Positions 26,387 to 35,427 of a stretch of DNA of 64,000 bases are shown here, in pieces (within the stretch, counting starts at the first letter, position 1; each line of letters begins with the position of its first letter). This DNA comes from Escherichia phage MN01. The stretch lies in the sequence record MT129652.1; one strand, 5' to 3'. The position numbers and the translations under genes are program-made. The notes below the pieces were generated by a model that did no database searches, had not been told where the DNA came from, and saw only the letters and a list, made by a program, of their open reading frames with translations.

Positions 26387-26944
26387 ATGAACGAAATTAA
26401 ATTAACTAAGAATAACTATGTAAATAATAAAGAGCTTTTGAAAGCTATTTCGGAGTGGAAACAGAAGCTGAATGCGAACACCGACCCGAATAAAATTATT
26501 CGCCAGAACGATGTTATTGGTCTGGCAATTATGCTTATAGCCGAAGGTCTTAGCAAACGTTTCAACTTCTCCGGATATACCCAATCTTGGAAGCAAGAAA
26601 TGATTGCAGACGGAATTGAGGCCGCAATAAAAGGTCTTCACAACTTCGACGAAACAAAATACGATAATCCACATGCTTACATAACAATGGCTTGCTTCAA
26701 TGCTTTCGTTCAGCGTATCAAAAAAGAACGTAAAGAAATGGCAAAGAAATATAGCTACTTCGTCCATAACGTGTATGATTCACGTGACGACGATATGGTG
26801 GCTCTGGCTGATGAAACATTTATCCAGGACATCTATGACAAAATGACACAGTACGAATCCTCTTTAGTTAAAGCGCCAGGGTCTGATAAGAGCGCCAAAG
26901 ATAAAGAAGGTGATTTGGATTTTTTATATGGAACATCAATTTGA
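26387..26944 (+). CDS. 55: Late-transcription sigma factor gp55
   Basis: [16 protein letters not shown]...[40 protein letters not shown]... near-identical to T4 gp55; 185 aa. Confidence 0.93.
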   Translation: MNEIKLTKNNYVNNKELLKAISEWKQKLNANTDPNKIIRQNDVIGLAIMLIAEGLSKRFNFSGYTQSWKQEMIADGIEAAIKGLHNFDETKYDNPHAYITMACFNAFVQRIKKERKEMAKKYSYFVHNVYDSRDDDMVALADETFIQDIYDKMTQYESSLVKAPGSDKSAKDKEGDLDFLYGTSI

Positions 26945-27161
26945 TATTACCGATTTTTTAGATAAAATCGAGGAAGACTTTACTGCGCTCCCATATTTCA
27001 TTAAACTTTATCTGCGAGACATAAAAGGTCTTCCAATTGATATCGACCCTTTAAACGTCCGGAATCTGGAATTTACTTCACCGGATAATAACGTTGATTA
27101 CCGTTATCATGTGGATAATGCTAATCTATATTTTACAATTGAGTTAACTCCCAAGGATTAA
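26928..27161 (+). CDS. Hypothetical protein
   Basis: Internal ATG at 26928 overlapping the gp55 end; 77 aa. Confidence 0.4.
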   Translation: MEHQFDITDFLDKIEEDFTALPYFIKLYLRDIKGLPIDIDPLNVRNLEFTSPDNNVDYRYHVDNANLYFTIELTPKD

Positions 27162-27162
27162 T

Positions 27163-27474
27163 ATGCAAGCTCCAGATATTTCTCAACTGACCGATAAGCA
27201 GATTGAAGAAGCACAGGAACGTCTCGAAGAAGCGAACGCGCTCGAAGCACAGAGTCAAGCAGCAAAGATTCTGAAAAAGAATGCTCGTGAAATTGCACGA
27301 CTGAATAAGCATGCTCAAGGGGCAGTGCTGGAAAACAATTTTGAAGCATACAAATACGCTTTAGCTAAACTGCGTGGGATTTACCGCCAACCCGTTACGG
27401 AAGACCTGATTAAGTTGATGTGGGATTCTACTCGCAAACAAATTTGGGAAATCGTAAATGGCATTAGTAAATAA
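27163..27474 (+). CDS. Hypothetical protein
   Basis: 103 aa; helical, Ala/Glu rich. Confidence 0.5.
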   Translation: MQAPDISQLTDKQIEEAQERLEEANALEAQSQAAKILKKNAREIARLNKHAQGAVLENNFEAYKYALAKLRGIYRQPVTEDLIKLMWDSTRKQIWEIVNGISK

Positions 27475-27658
27475 ACCCTTTAAACGGCTTCTTATTGGAG
27501 CCGCTTTCAGACTTCGCTCATATGGTAATATCTGTATCAAGCAGACTGAAACCGAATATAAAATGGTTGGGCAGTATTCCGATGAAATTTTTCGGATTGA
27601 ACCTGTGGCCAAGGTTTGGGTGGATTCACATCAACTTAAGAAGTGGTGGCAACGATGA
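27458..27658 (+). CDS. Hypothetical basic protein
   Basis: 66 aa ORF. Confidence 0.35.
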   Translation: MALVNKPFKRLLIGAAFRLRSYGNICIKQTETEYKMVGQYSDEIFRIEPVAKVWVDSHQLKKWWQR

Positions 27659-27748
27659 TAACGTGGACAGGTGGCTAATGAAAGACGAACATCCGGATTT
27701 TTAAGCTTATGAATGACGAATACGAAAAAGTTTAAGAGGTCATATGAA

Positions 27749-27922
27749 TGACGAATTCGACGGATTTTGATAAGATTAAATCTGACAAAAATGAGATGAT
27801 ACTTCAATTTGAAGCCGCTCGCATTAAAGCAGAAAATGAAGGTACTATTACCTATAAGCCTATCAAGTTCAGGTCTTCTCATGAACCTCTGTATGGTGTA
27901 TTAATTGGAAAGGAAGCCTAGT
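27749..27922 (+). CDS. Hypothetical small protein (57 aa)
   Basis: ATG at 27749 after AAGAGG; preceded by a short duplicated pseudo-start ATGAATGACGAAT. Confidence 0.3.
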
Positions 27923-27958
27923 GCTTCCTTTTTTGCTTTATATTCGGGATGATAAAAT
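27911..27958 (+). promoter_or_regulatory. Terminator hairpin immediately followed by a MotA-box middle promoter
   Basis: GGAAGC-CTAGT-GCTTCC + TTTTTT; then TTTGCTTTA, 12 nt, TAAAAT. Confidence 0.5.
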
Positions 27959-27978
27959 GAACCAACTGAGGAGATTAT

Positions 27979-28122
27979 ATGGAATTATTTTTAGGATATG
28001 TTGTGTTATTCATGGCATTCTACACATTCACACGAGCTTGTTGGATAGGATTCTTTTCTACTCCTGACGGGTTCATTTCAATAATTTTATTTTGCACTGC
28101 GATAACGGCGCTTGGCTTATGA
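27979..28122 (+). CDS. Hypothetical small membrane protein (47 aa)
   Basis: ATG after GAGGAG SD; hydrophobic; stop overlaps the gene 47 start (ATGA). Confidence 0.35.
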   Translation: MELFLGYVVLFMAFYTFTRACWIGFFSTPDGFISIILFCTAITALGL

Positions 28123-29138
28123 AAATTTTAAATTTAGGTGATTGGCACTTGGGTGTCAAAGCTGACGACCCATGGGCTCAAAACATTCAACGTGATGGTA
28201 TTTTACAGGCGATTGCATATTCCAAAGCGAATGGAATTAAAGTCTGGATTCAATATGGTGATATTTTTGACGTCCGTAAGGCCGTAACGCATAAGACGAT
28301 GGAATTCAGCCGTGAGATTATGGAACTCCTTCGTGAAGCAGGAATTACTATGCACACGATAGTCGGGAACCATGACATGAATCTGAAGAATAAGATTCAT
28401 CCTAATGCTATCACTGAACTCCTGAATAAGTATGACCATGTTAAAATCTACGACAAGCCAACGACTGTTGATTTTGACGGTTGTCAGATTGATATGATTC
28501 CATGGATGTGTGACGAGAACGCGACTGACATTCATCAACACATCAAAACTTCTGGTGCCGAATATTGCATCGGTCACTGGGAATTAACCGGGTTTTATTT
28601 CTATAAAGGATTGAAATCCCACGGGCTTGAGCCTGATTTCCTTAAGAAGTACAAGCAGGTTTGGTCTGGACACTTCCATACCATTTCAGAAGCTGCAAAC
28701 GTTAAGTACATCGGGACACCATGGACATTAACGGCAGGTGATGAGAACGACCCGCGCGGGTTCTGGGAATTTGATACCAAAACCGAAGAGATGAAATTTA
28801 TTCCGAATGAAACCACCTGGCATCGGAAGATTTTCTATCCAAACGAAACTATTAACTACGACGACTTCAAAGACTTATCAGTCCGTGTTATTGTAGAAAA
28901 AGTCGATAAAGACCTGACCAAGTTCGAATCCGAATTAGAAAAGCGTGTGCATGAATTGCGTGTTGTCAATAAGGTTGATAACAGTGTTGATACGACTGAC
29001 TCCGAAGAAGAGTTAGATATAAAACGCTTAACTGATATGATGGCAGAATATATCGATGCATTACCTGACGCCAATGAGAAAGAATCAAAAGCTCTCAAAG
29101 CATTGGCCAACAAATTATACCTTGAGGTGCAACCATGA
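28119..29138 (+). CDS. 47: Recombination nuclease subunit gp47 (Mre11/SbcD-like)
   Basis: MKILNLGDWHLG phosphoesterase motif I, GDIFD, GNHD motifs; 339 aa as in T4. Confidence 0.92.
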   Translation: MKILNLGDWHLGVKADDPWAQNIQRDGILQAIAYSKANGIKVWIQYGDIFDVRKAVTHKTMEFSREIMELLREAGITMHTIVGNHDMNLKNKIHPNAITELLNKYDHVKIYDKPTTVDFDGCQIDMIPWMCDENATDIHQHIKTSGAEYCIGHWELTGFYFYKGLKSHGLEPDFLKKYKQVWSGHFHTISEAANVKYIGTPWTLTAGDENDPRGFWEFDTKTEEMKFIPNETTWHRKIFYPNETINYDDFKDLSVRVIVEKVDKDLTKFESELEKRVHELRVVNKVDNSVDTTDSEEELDIKRLTDMMAEYIDALPDANEKESKALKALANKLYLEVQP

Positions 29139-29398
29139 GACTTTATGATTTTAATGAAGCGGGGCTTGAGCATATCCGCGAATGTGATGTGGTTGACGAC
29201 GATAATCAACCGAATACTATTAAGTATTGGTTTGAAGCTATCACTGACCGGGAAACCGGTCAACTTATCAAAGTCTATGTAGTCACCGATTGGGCCGTGG
29301 AATTTAGCTTTAATGTAATGGAAGATGATACTCCAGAGACATTAATTCATATGGCTGAATCATGCATCAAGGATGCTTATTATGATGAAGACTTTTGA
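29135..29398 (+). CDS. Hypothetical acidic protein (46.2 position)
   Basis: 87 aa; ATGA overlap; synteny between 47 and 46. Confidence 0.5.
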   Translation: MRLYDFNEAGLEHIRECDVVDDDNQPNTIKYWFEAITDRETGQLIKVYVVTDWAVEFSFNVMEDDTPETLIHMAESCIKDAYYDEDF

Positions 29399-29591
29399 AT
29401 TTAATCTTGACGATGAATTTGTAGCAAATATTGATTATACCGAAGAAGATTCTAGATATATCGGAATAATTTATATCACATCAAAAACGGCGCAGGGAGT
29501 GGTTTGCATGGCTGAATTTGATGAATGCTTTTTAGATTATGATGATATGATAGAATGGTCTAAAAGATACATTAAAAGGAATCTTTTGTGA
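29373..29591 (+). CDS. Hypothetical acidic protein (46.1 position)
   Basis: 72 aa ORF. Confidence 0.45.
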   Translation: MLIMMKTFEFNLDDEFVANIDYTEEDSRYIGIIYITSKTAQGVVCMAEFDECFLDYDDMIEWSKRYIKRNLL

Positions 29592-31270
29592 AGACTTTTA
29601 AGCTTAAGAAAGTTATCTATAAAAATATTATGTCGGTTGGTGCTCAACCGATTACTGTTGAACTGGATAAAGTCCAGAAAACTCTGGTCACCGGCAAGAA
29701 TGGTGCGGGTAAATCTACGTTCCTTGAAGCGGTTACTTTTGCTATGTTCGGTAAGCCTTTCCGTGATGTAAAGAAAGGCCAGTTGATTAACTCGAGCAAC
29801 AAAAAAGATATGCTCGTTGAATTGTGGATGGAATATGATGGAAAAGAATACTATATCAAACGCGGGCAAAAACCCAATGTTTTTGAAATCTCTTGTGGCG
29901 GTAAACGTCTTGATGAATCTGCCAGCAGTAAAGACTTCCAAGCGGAATTTGAACAGCTTATCGGAATGTCATACGCCAGTTTCAAACAAATCGTCGTACT
30001 CGGCACAGCTGGATATACCCCTTTTATGGGCCTATCCACTCCTGCAAGAAGAAAACTCGTCGAAGACCTGTTAGAGGTTTCTGTACTGGCCGATATGGAT
30101 AAGCTGAACAAATCTCTTATCCGCGAAGTCAATAGCCAAATCCAGGTTATGGATGTACAGCATGACGGTATCGTTCAACAGATTAAAATCTATCAGGACA
30201 ATGAAGACCGTCAAAGAAAATTGTCAGGTGATAATCTGTTGCGACTGCAAACGATGTATGATGAACTTGCCACAGAAGCACGTGGAATCAAGGCAACTAT
30301 CGAAGAAGCAACGACAAGACTGACTGAAATAATCTTGGGAGAAGACCCCGAGCATGAACTCACGAAGTTAAAGCAGGAATCATTCCTGATTAAATCGAAG
30401 ATTGACGATTATCGAAAGGTTGTCAGCCTGTACGAGAAAGGTGGTTGTTGTCAGACTTGTGCTAGTCAGTTGCATCCAGGAGACCCTATTGTCGCCAGGA
30501 TTGAGTCAAAGATTGAAGAATGTAATGCATCGGCTGATAAGCATAAAGCTCGTCAGAATGCTGTTCAGGAGCAATTTGATACGTATTCTGCTGCAAGACA
30601 AAACCAGCGTACAATAGCACAAGACATTCAAACTAAGAAACAAACCTTAGTCCAGACTGTCGAAAAGGCTAAAAAGGTTAAAGCATTAATCGAGCAAGCC
30701 AAGTCAGAATTCATTGACCACGCAGCAGACATTAAAATGCTTCAAGACCAGCTTGATAAAATAGTCAAACAGAAATCTGACCTTGTGATGGAAAAATATC
30801 AACGTGGTATCCTAACGGATATGTTGAAAGATTCTGGTATTAAGGGCGCGATTATTAAGAAATATATTCCTATCTTTAATAAGCAGATAAACGCTTATCT
30901 TAAAGTTATGGAAGCTGATTATAGCTTTACGTTAGATGAAGAGTTCAACGAAACGATTAAATCTCGTGGTCGTGAAGACTTCAGCTATGCATCATTTAGC
31001 CAGGGTGAAAAAGCTCGTATCGATATTGCATTGCTGTTTACATGGCGCGATATTGCTGCAAAAGTATCTGGTGTGCAAATTAGTACGTTGATTCTGGATG
31101 AGGTCATGGATTCAGCCACTGACGCCGAAGGCATCAAAGCTATCCAGGCAATTATCAATAAATTGGAAGGTCAAAACGTGTTTATCATCAGTCACCGAGA
31201 CCATGACCCAGAAGCATATGGACAGCATCTTCAAATGAAAAAAGTCGGTCGATTTACTGTTCTGGAATGA
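29588..31270 (+). CDS. 46: Recombination ATPase gp46 (Rad50/SbcC-like)
   Basis: GTG start; Walker A TGKNGAGKST, central coiled coil with CxxC zinc hook (GGCCQTCASQ), signature SQGEKARI, Walker B LILDEV; 560 aa as in T4. Confidence 0.93.
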   Translation: MKTFKLKKVIYKNIMSVGAQPITVELDKVQKTLVTGKNGAGKSTFLEAVTFAMFGKPFRDVKKGQLINSSNKKDMLVELWMEYDGKEYYIKRGQKPNVFEISCGGKRLDESASSKDFQAEFEQLIGMSYASFKQIVVLGTAGYTPFMGLSTPARRKLVEDLLEVSVLADMDKLNKSLIREVNSQIQVMDVQHDGIVQQIKIYQDNEDRQRKLSGDNLLRLQTMYDELATEARGIKATIEEATTRLTEIILGEDPEHELTKLKQESFLIKSKIDDYRKVVSLYEKGGCCQTCASQLHPGDPIVARIESKIEECNASADKHKARQNAVQEQFDTYSAARQNQRTIAQDIQTKKQTLVQTVEKAKKVKALIEQAKSEFIDHAADIKMLQDQLDKIVKQKSDLVMEKYQRGILTDMLKDSGIKGAIIKKYIPIFNKQINAYLKVMEADYSFTLDEEFNETIKSRGREDFSYASFSQGEKARIDIALLFTWRDIAAKVSGVQISTLILDEVMDSATDAEGIKAIQAIINKLEGQNVFIISHRDHDPEAYGQHLQMKKVGRFTVLE

Positions 31271-31275
31271 GCCTC

Positions 31276-31992
31276 TTATTGAGGCTTCATTTTGCAGTTA
31301 TCAAAATGCCAACGTTTCATATTAGCTGGCATACCGACTACATTACAGTGTGGACACTGAATTTTGGGGTCCACCTTTTTCTTCCGGTTTGGATTGGATT
31401 TGCAGAATTGTTGGTGAGTGGATATAACACACTTTTTACCTTCAAGCCCGCAAAATTCACAATTTAAAATTTCATGTTTAGCTTGTTTTAAACCTACTGA
31501 AATTTTTTGCTTTTGCTTTTCCGGAATAGTATGAACAACCTTGTTTGGACCTTTGGAACAGTTATCAAAATGCCAACGATTCATATTGCCAGCGAGACCG
31601 GTTTTTCCACAGTGTGGACATTCGACTCTCGGTTTTAATTTGGCGGATTCTGACATTTTCTTTCTGGTTTCATCGGAGAAAATTTTATTTTGTTGAGCTT
31701 CCAAGTTTTTACGACGAAGCCATCCAAATAATTTGTTTTTGCTTCTGTCGGCATTTGGTGCAGAAACTGTCATCATGCGCGCGGCATAGACCAAAGAAGC
31801 GTTATTTGGATGCATTTTGACCAACAGTTGATGGCAAACGAAATGTTCCTCGGGAGTTAAATCAACAAGATTTGAAGCGTCGTCAGCCCCACCCATACAA
31901 CGGGGTATAATGTGATGGCTTTCAGAGTATGTGGTTAATTTGCGATTCAATGCTCTGCTAATAAGCTTTTGGTAAATGATGTTATAATTCAT
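31276..31992 (-). CDS. HNH homing-endonuclease-like protein with duplicated C-terminal zinc fingers
   Basis: Only long minus-strand gene in the region; HNH core SESHHIIPRCMGGADDASNLVDLTPEEHFVCH; repeats CPHCGKTGLAGNMNRWHFDNC and CPHCNVVGMPANMKRWHFDNC; start taken at internal ATG (MNYNIIYQ). Confidence 0.7.
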   Translation of the reverse strand: MNYNIIYQKLISRALNRKLTTYSESHHIIPRCMGGADDASNLVDLTPEEHFVCHQLLVKMHPNNASLVYAARMMTVSAPNADRSKNKLFGWLRRKNLEAQQNKIFSDETRKKMSESAKLKPRVECPHCGKTGLAGNMNRWHFDNCSKGPNKVVHTIPEKQKQKISVGLKQAKHEILNCEFCGLEGKKCVISTHQQFCKSNPNRKKKVDPKIQCPHCNVVGMPANMKRWHFDNCKMKPQ

Positions 31993-32005
31993 ATCAGACC
32001 CTTGT

Positions 32006-32224
32006 TTGATACTGCAACGGATAATATTATTTATGAGCAATTTTTTAACCGGGCAGCATTTACTGGCTGTCCCTGAAATTAAACGGTATGTGTTAGTTAA
32101 TACCTTTTCGAAAGATGAACACCTTGTCACTGAACGTGACTTGCAAAACGCTTTCGGTGAAGAATATGTTAAAATAATCGCGAACAGACACAATGCCTGG
32201 TTCGCATATGAATACTTTGATTAA
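32006..32224 (+). CDS. Hypothetical protein (uncertain; 45.2 position)
   Basis: 72 aa ORF between the HNH gene and rpbA; no motif. Confidence 0.3.
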   Translation: MILQRIILFMSNFLTGQHLLAVPEIKRYVLVNTFSKDEHLVTERDLQNAFGEEYVKIIANRHNAWFAYEYFD

Positions 32225-32248
32225 TTGATAATGAATAGAGAGAATATT

Positions 32249-32656
32249 ATGAACAACGTAACTGCTAAAGATATCCAAGTTAAAACCATCCGCACTGACG
32301 CTAACCCGCATAACCAAAACCGTGTGCGCAAATCCTGGGTTCTGGCCTGTGATGAAGCATCTGCTACCCGTCTGCAGTCTCTGCCGCAAGAAATTAAATT
32401 CATGCTGTACGGTGTGATTGATACTGATGTATCTGATAAGTGGATTGAACTGATGCGTAATCACTACAACGATTCACTGGCTGCTGGTGCTAAACTGGTT
32501 ATCGACCGTGACGGTTCCGAACGTCTTGAAGATGATTATTGCGTTAACTCTGACGACCATCTGGTGCAAGCTGGTTCTATTATTGCTGCACAACTTCCAG
32601 AGTATATTGAATCTCTTCCGGAAGCTATCCGCAAACAAATGGCAGTTGTTGCTTAA
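32249..32656 (+). CDS. rpbA: RNA polymerase-binding protein RpbA
   Basis: Synteny between 46 and 45; about 135 aa; internal ATG after AGAGAGAAT SD. Confidence 0.55.
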   Translation: MNNVTAKDIQVKTIRTDANPHNQNRVRKSWVLACDEASATRLQSLPQEIKFMLYGVIDTDVSDKWIELMRNHYNDSLAAGAKLVIDRDGSERLEDDYCVNSDDHLVQAGSIIAAQLPEYIESLPEAIRKQMAVVA

Positions 32657-32686
32657 TTAATTTTGATTTGAATAAAAGGTAATTAA

Positions 32687-33382
32687 ATGAAATTCTCTAA
32701 AGACACTATCGCAGTTCTGAAAAACTTCACTTCCATTTACTCTGGCATTATGCTTAAGCCAGGTAATACCATCCTGACTCGTTCCGTAACTGGAGCGTCA
32801 TATGGCGAATCTGAAATCAATGATACAATTGACTTTGAAGCTGCGATTTATGACCTGAACGGCTTCTTAAGTATCCTGGGCCTGGTAACTGACCAAGCTG
32901 AAGTATCTCTGGCTGAAGACGCATCAAACATCATTATCAAAGACCAACGTTCAACGATTCACTGGCCTGCAGCAGACCCGAGCACTATCGTGTTCCCTGC
33001 TAAGAAGATTCCTTTCCCGGTAGCTAAGGTTATCTTCGACCTGAAAGGTAGTGACCTGCAGCAGCTTCTGCGCGTGGCTGGTGGTTTGTCTCTGGATACT
33101 TTTGCAATCACCAACAAAGACGGTAAGATTGTTATCCATGGTTATAATCAGCTCGAAGATAAAGAGTTGGCGCGTCCATTGTATTCCCTGGTGTGTGGCG
33201 ACTACGAAGGCGATGCAGCGTTTAAATTTATCATTAACAAACTGAACATGAAAATGATTCCGGCTGATTACCGTGTTATGCTTTGGGCGAAAGATGATAA
33301 ATTTGCTACGAAGTTTGAAGGCACACAAGCAAGCTATGTGATTGCAATGGAACAAGGCTCTAGCCACGAATTCCAAGATTAA
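32687..33382 (+). CDS. 45: Sliding clamp gp45
   Basis: MKFSKDTIAVLKNFTSIYSGIMLKPG...TIHWPAADPSTIVFP...LLWAKDDKFATKFEG closely matches T4 gp45. Confidence 0.95.
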   Translation: MKFSKDTIAVLKNFTSIYSGIMLKPGNTILTRSVTGASYGESEINDTIDFEAAIYDLNGFLSILGLVTDQAEVSLAEDASNIIIKDQRSTIHWPAADPSTIVFPAKKIPFPVAKVIFDLKGSDLQQLLRVAGGLSLDTFAITNKDGKIVIHGYNQLEDKELARPLYSLVCGDYEGDAAFKFIINKLNMKMIPADYRVMLWAKDDKFATKFEGTQASYVIAMEQGSSHEFQD

Positions 33383-33405
33383 TAAATGGGGCTTCGGCCC
33401 CATGG
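33383..33405 (+). promoter_or_regulatory. Intercistronic RNA hairpin between 45 and 44
   Basis: TGGGGC-TTCG-GCCCCA stem-loop with no trailing T-run. Confidence 0.4.
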
Positions 33406-33438
33406 AGTACAAAGTAGAAACTAATATGAGGAAAATAT

Positions 33439-34398
33439 ATGTTAACGGTTAATGACAAAGAATTCATGTGGGAACAAAAATACCGCCCAGGTACATTATC
33501 AGAGTGTATTCTTCCTGCTCATGATAAAGAAACATTAGAGGCGATTGTTAAAAAAGGTTTGATTCCTAACTTGATTCTGGTCAGTAGTTCCCCTGGTACT
33601 GGTAAGACAACAGTTGCGAAAGCTATGTGCGCGGATACAAATTCTGATATGCTGTTTGTTAACGGCTCCGATTGCCGAATTGACTTTGTGCGTAATGAAT
33701 TGACTCGCTTTGCATCGTCCAAATCAATCGAAGGACGCCGCAAGGTAATCGTTATCGATGAGTTTGACCGTGCAGGTCTGGCTGAATCACAACGACACCT
33801 TCGCAGCTTTATGGAAGCTTATTCAAGCAACTGTTCAATCATTATGACCGCGAACAATATCGATGGCATCATCACTCCGTTGCAGTCTCGTTGTCGCGTA
33901 ATTAAGTTTGGTGAAGCAACTCCGGCTGACCAGACTACTATGATGAAAGAGATGATTCATCGCGCAGTCGCGGTATGTAAAAATGAAGGCGTTGAAATCG
34001 AAGACCTGAAAGTTGTTGCTGCTCTGGTTAAGCATAACTTCCCGGACCTGCGTAAGACAATTAACGAACTTGACCGTTACTCTGCAAAGGGTGTTATCGA
34101 TTCCGGTATTCTGAGTATCGTGACAAACAATCGCACGCCAATTGATGATGTGATTGATGCCCTTAAGGACCGCAACTTTAAAGTTCTCCGTGGTCTGGCT
34201 CCTAAGCATGCAAATGATTATTCAAACTTCATTGCAAAGCTGGCTGATGAAATGTACGGCAAACTGACTGGTGCAAGCATTATCCGTATGTATGAGATTG
34301 TGGGTGAGAATAATCAGTACCATGGCATTGCAGCCAATACCGAAGTTCACTTGACTTATCTGTTTGCTCAACTGGCTGGGGAAATGAAATGGCTGTAA
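33439..34398 (+). CDS. 44: Clamp loader large subunit gp44 (AAA+ ATPase)
   Basis: Walker A SPGTGKTT, Walker B VIVIDEFD, SRC motif; closely matches T4 gp44; 319 aa. Confidence 0.95.
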   Translation: MLTVNDKEFMWEQKYRPGTLSECILPAHDKETLEAIVKKGLIPNLILVSSSPGTGKTTVAKAMCADTNSDMLFVNGSDCRIDFVRNELTRFASSKSIEGRRKVIVIDEFDRAGLAESQRHLRSFMEAYSSNCSIIMTANNIDGIITPLQSRCRVIKFGEATPADQTTMMKEMIHRAVAVCKNEGVEIEDLKVVAALVKHNFPDLRKTINELDRYSAKGVIDSGILSIVTNNRTPIDDVIDALKDRNFKVLRGLAPKHANDYSNFIAKLADEMYGKLTGASIIRMYEIVGENNQYHGIAANTEVHLTYLFAQLAGEMKWL

Positions 34399-34967
34399 GT
34401 CTCTTTGATGATGACGTTCAATTAAACGAACATGAGGTTGCGTGGAAATCACGCGACTTTAACAAAATTCAGGAATTGTCCGATTCATACAAAGAGAAAG
34501 CAGAAAATGAATTGTTCGCGATTCTTAATGACATAACCGTTAGCAAAAAACCACGGAACCTGATTCAATCGGAAAACTACAATAAATTCTGGTTGGAAAA
34601 CGCATTGAGTCAACATGTCGATTGCATTATGCAGGTGAATGTGATGAACTTAATCGGTTCCGGGTTAACAGACCAACAGCATTATAATTATTTGCTGCAT
34701 GCAGTTCCACAAGGCAAGCGTTATGGCAAATGGGCAAAGGCTGAGCCGGATGTGGTCAACGTCCAGCTTGTGTTAAAGCTTTTAATGAAATATTATACAA
34801 TTAATGCAGATGATGCTTTGATGTATATGGAAACATTGAAAGTCAAAGGTAGTCTTAAAGATGTTTTGAAAAAGACAAAAGGTCTGGTAACGGATGAATT
34901 CTTAAAGACCGTTACCAGTAATGTGAAAGAACAAAAAGAAATTAAAAAACAAATATTGGAATGGTAA
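34389..34967 (+). CDS. 62: Clamp loader small subunit gp62
   Basis: QLNEHEVAW...KRYGKWAK...GLVTDEFLK...VKEQK matches T4 gp62; overlaps the gp44 stop. Confidence 0.9.
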   Translation: MAVSLFDDDVQLNEHEVAWKSRDFNKIQELSDSYKEKAENELFAILNDITVSKKPRNLIQSENYNKFWLENALSQHVDCIMQVNVMNLIGSGLTDQQHYNYLLHAVPQGKRYGKWAKAEPDVVNVQLVLKLLMKYYTINADDALMYMETLKVKGSLKDVLKKTKGLVTDEFLKTVTSNVKEQKEIKKQILEW

Positions 34968-34968
34968 A

Positions 34969-35337
34969 ATGATTGAAATTACATTAAAGCAACCTGAAGA
35001 CTTCCTGAAAGTTAAAGAAACTCTGACCCGTATGGGCATCGCAAATAATAAAGACCGTGTACTGTACCAGAGCTGCCACATCCTCCAGAAGCAAGGTCGT
35101 TACTATATTGTTCACTTCAAAGAAATGCTGCGTATGGATGGTCGTCAGGTGGATATTGATGGCGAAGACTATCAGCGCCGTGATTCCATCGCTCAACTGC
35201 TCGAAGACTGGGGCTTAATCGCTATCAAAGAAGAAGAGCATAATGAATTGTTCGCAGTAACAAACAACTTCCGTGTTATCTCCTTTAAACAAAAAGACGA
35301 CTGGAAGCTCGTAGCCAAATATACAATTGGTAATTAA
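34969..35337 (+). CDS. regA: Translational repressor RegA
   Basis: MIEITLKQPEDFLKVKETLTRMGIANNKD...; 122 aa as in T4; between 62 and 43. Confidence 0.9.
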   Translation: MIEITLKQPEDFLKVKETLTRMGIANNKDRVLYQSCHILQKQGRYYIVHFKEMLRMDGRQVDIDGEDYQRRDSIAQLLEDWGLIAIKEEEHNELFAVTNNFRVISFKQKDDWKLVAKYTIGN

Positions 35338-35346
35338 TTTAAAGCA

Positions 35347-35367
35347 AAGGGACTTCGGTCCCTTTTG
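35347..35367 (+). terminator. Rho-independent terminator (followed by TATAAT)
   Basis: GGGAC-TTCG-GTCCC + TTTT, then GTAGTATAAT. Confidence 0.55.
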
Positions 35368-35427
35368 TAGTATAATAGCGTCAAGTCATAAAACAAAAGT
35401 CAATCACTCGACTATAAAGGAAACCAA

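Noticed and set aside
27708-27760. Duplicated short pseudo-start (ATGAATGACGAATACGAAAAAGTTTAA then ATGAATGACGAATTCGAC...)
   Set aside because: The first copy encodes only 8 codons. It is probably a remnant of a small duplication rather than a gene, and is only mentioned in the evidence for ORF 27749.
28203-29263. Minus-strand ORFs (124, 71 and 135 aa) opposite gene 47
   Set aside because: They are antisense to the conserved Mre11-like nuclease gene and have no start signals.
31993-32193. N-terminal 67 codons of the long minus-strand ORF 31276..32193
   Set aside because: The HNH domain begins right after the internal ATG at 31992 (MNYNIIYQ). The upstream extension is Cys/Ser-rich low complexity and overlaps a + strand ORF, so the shorter start was chosen.
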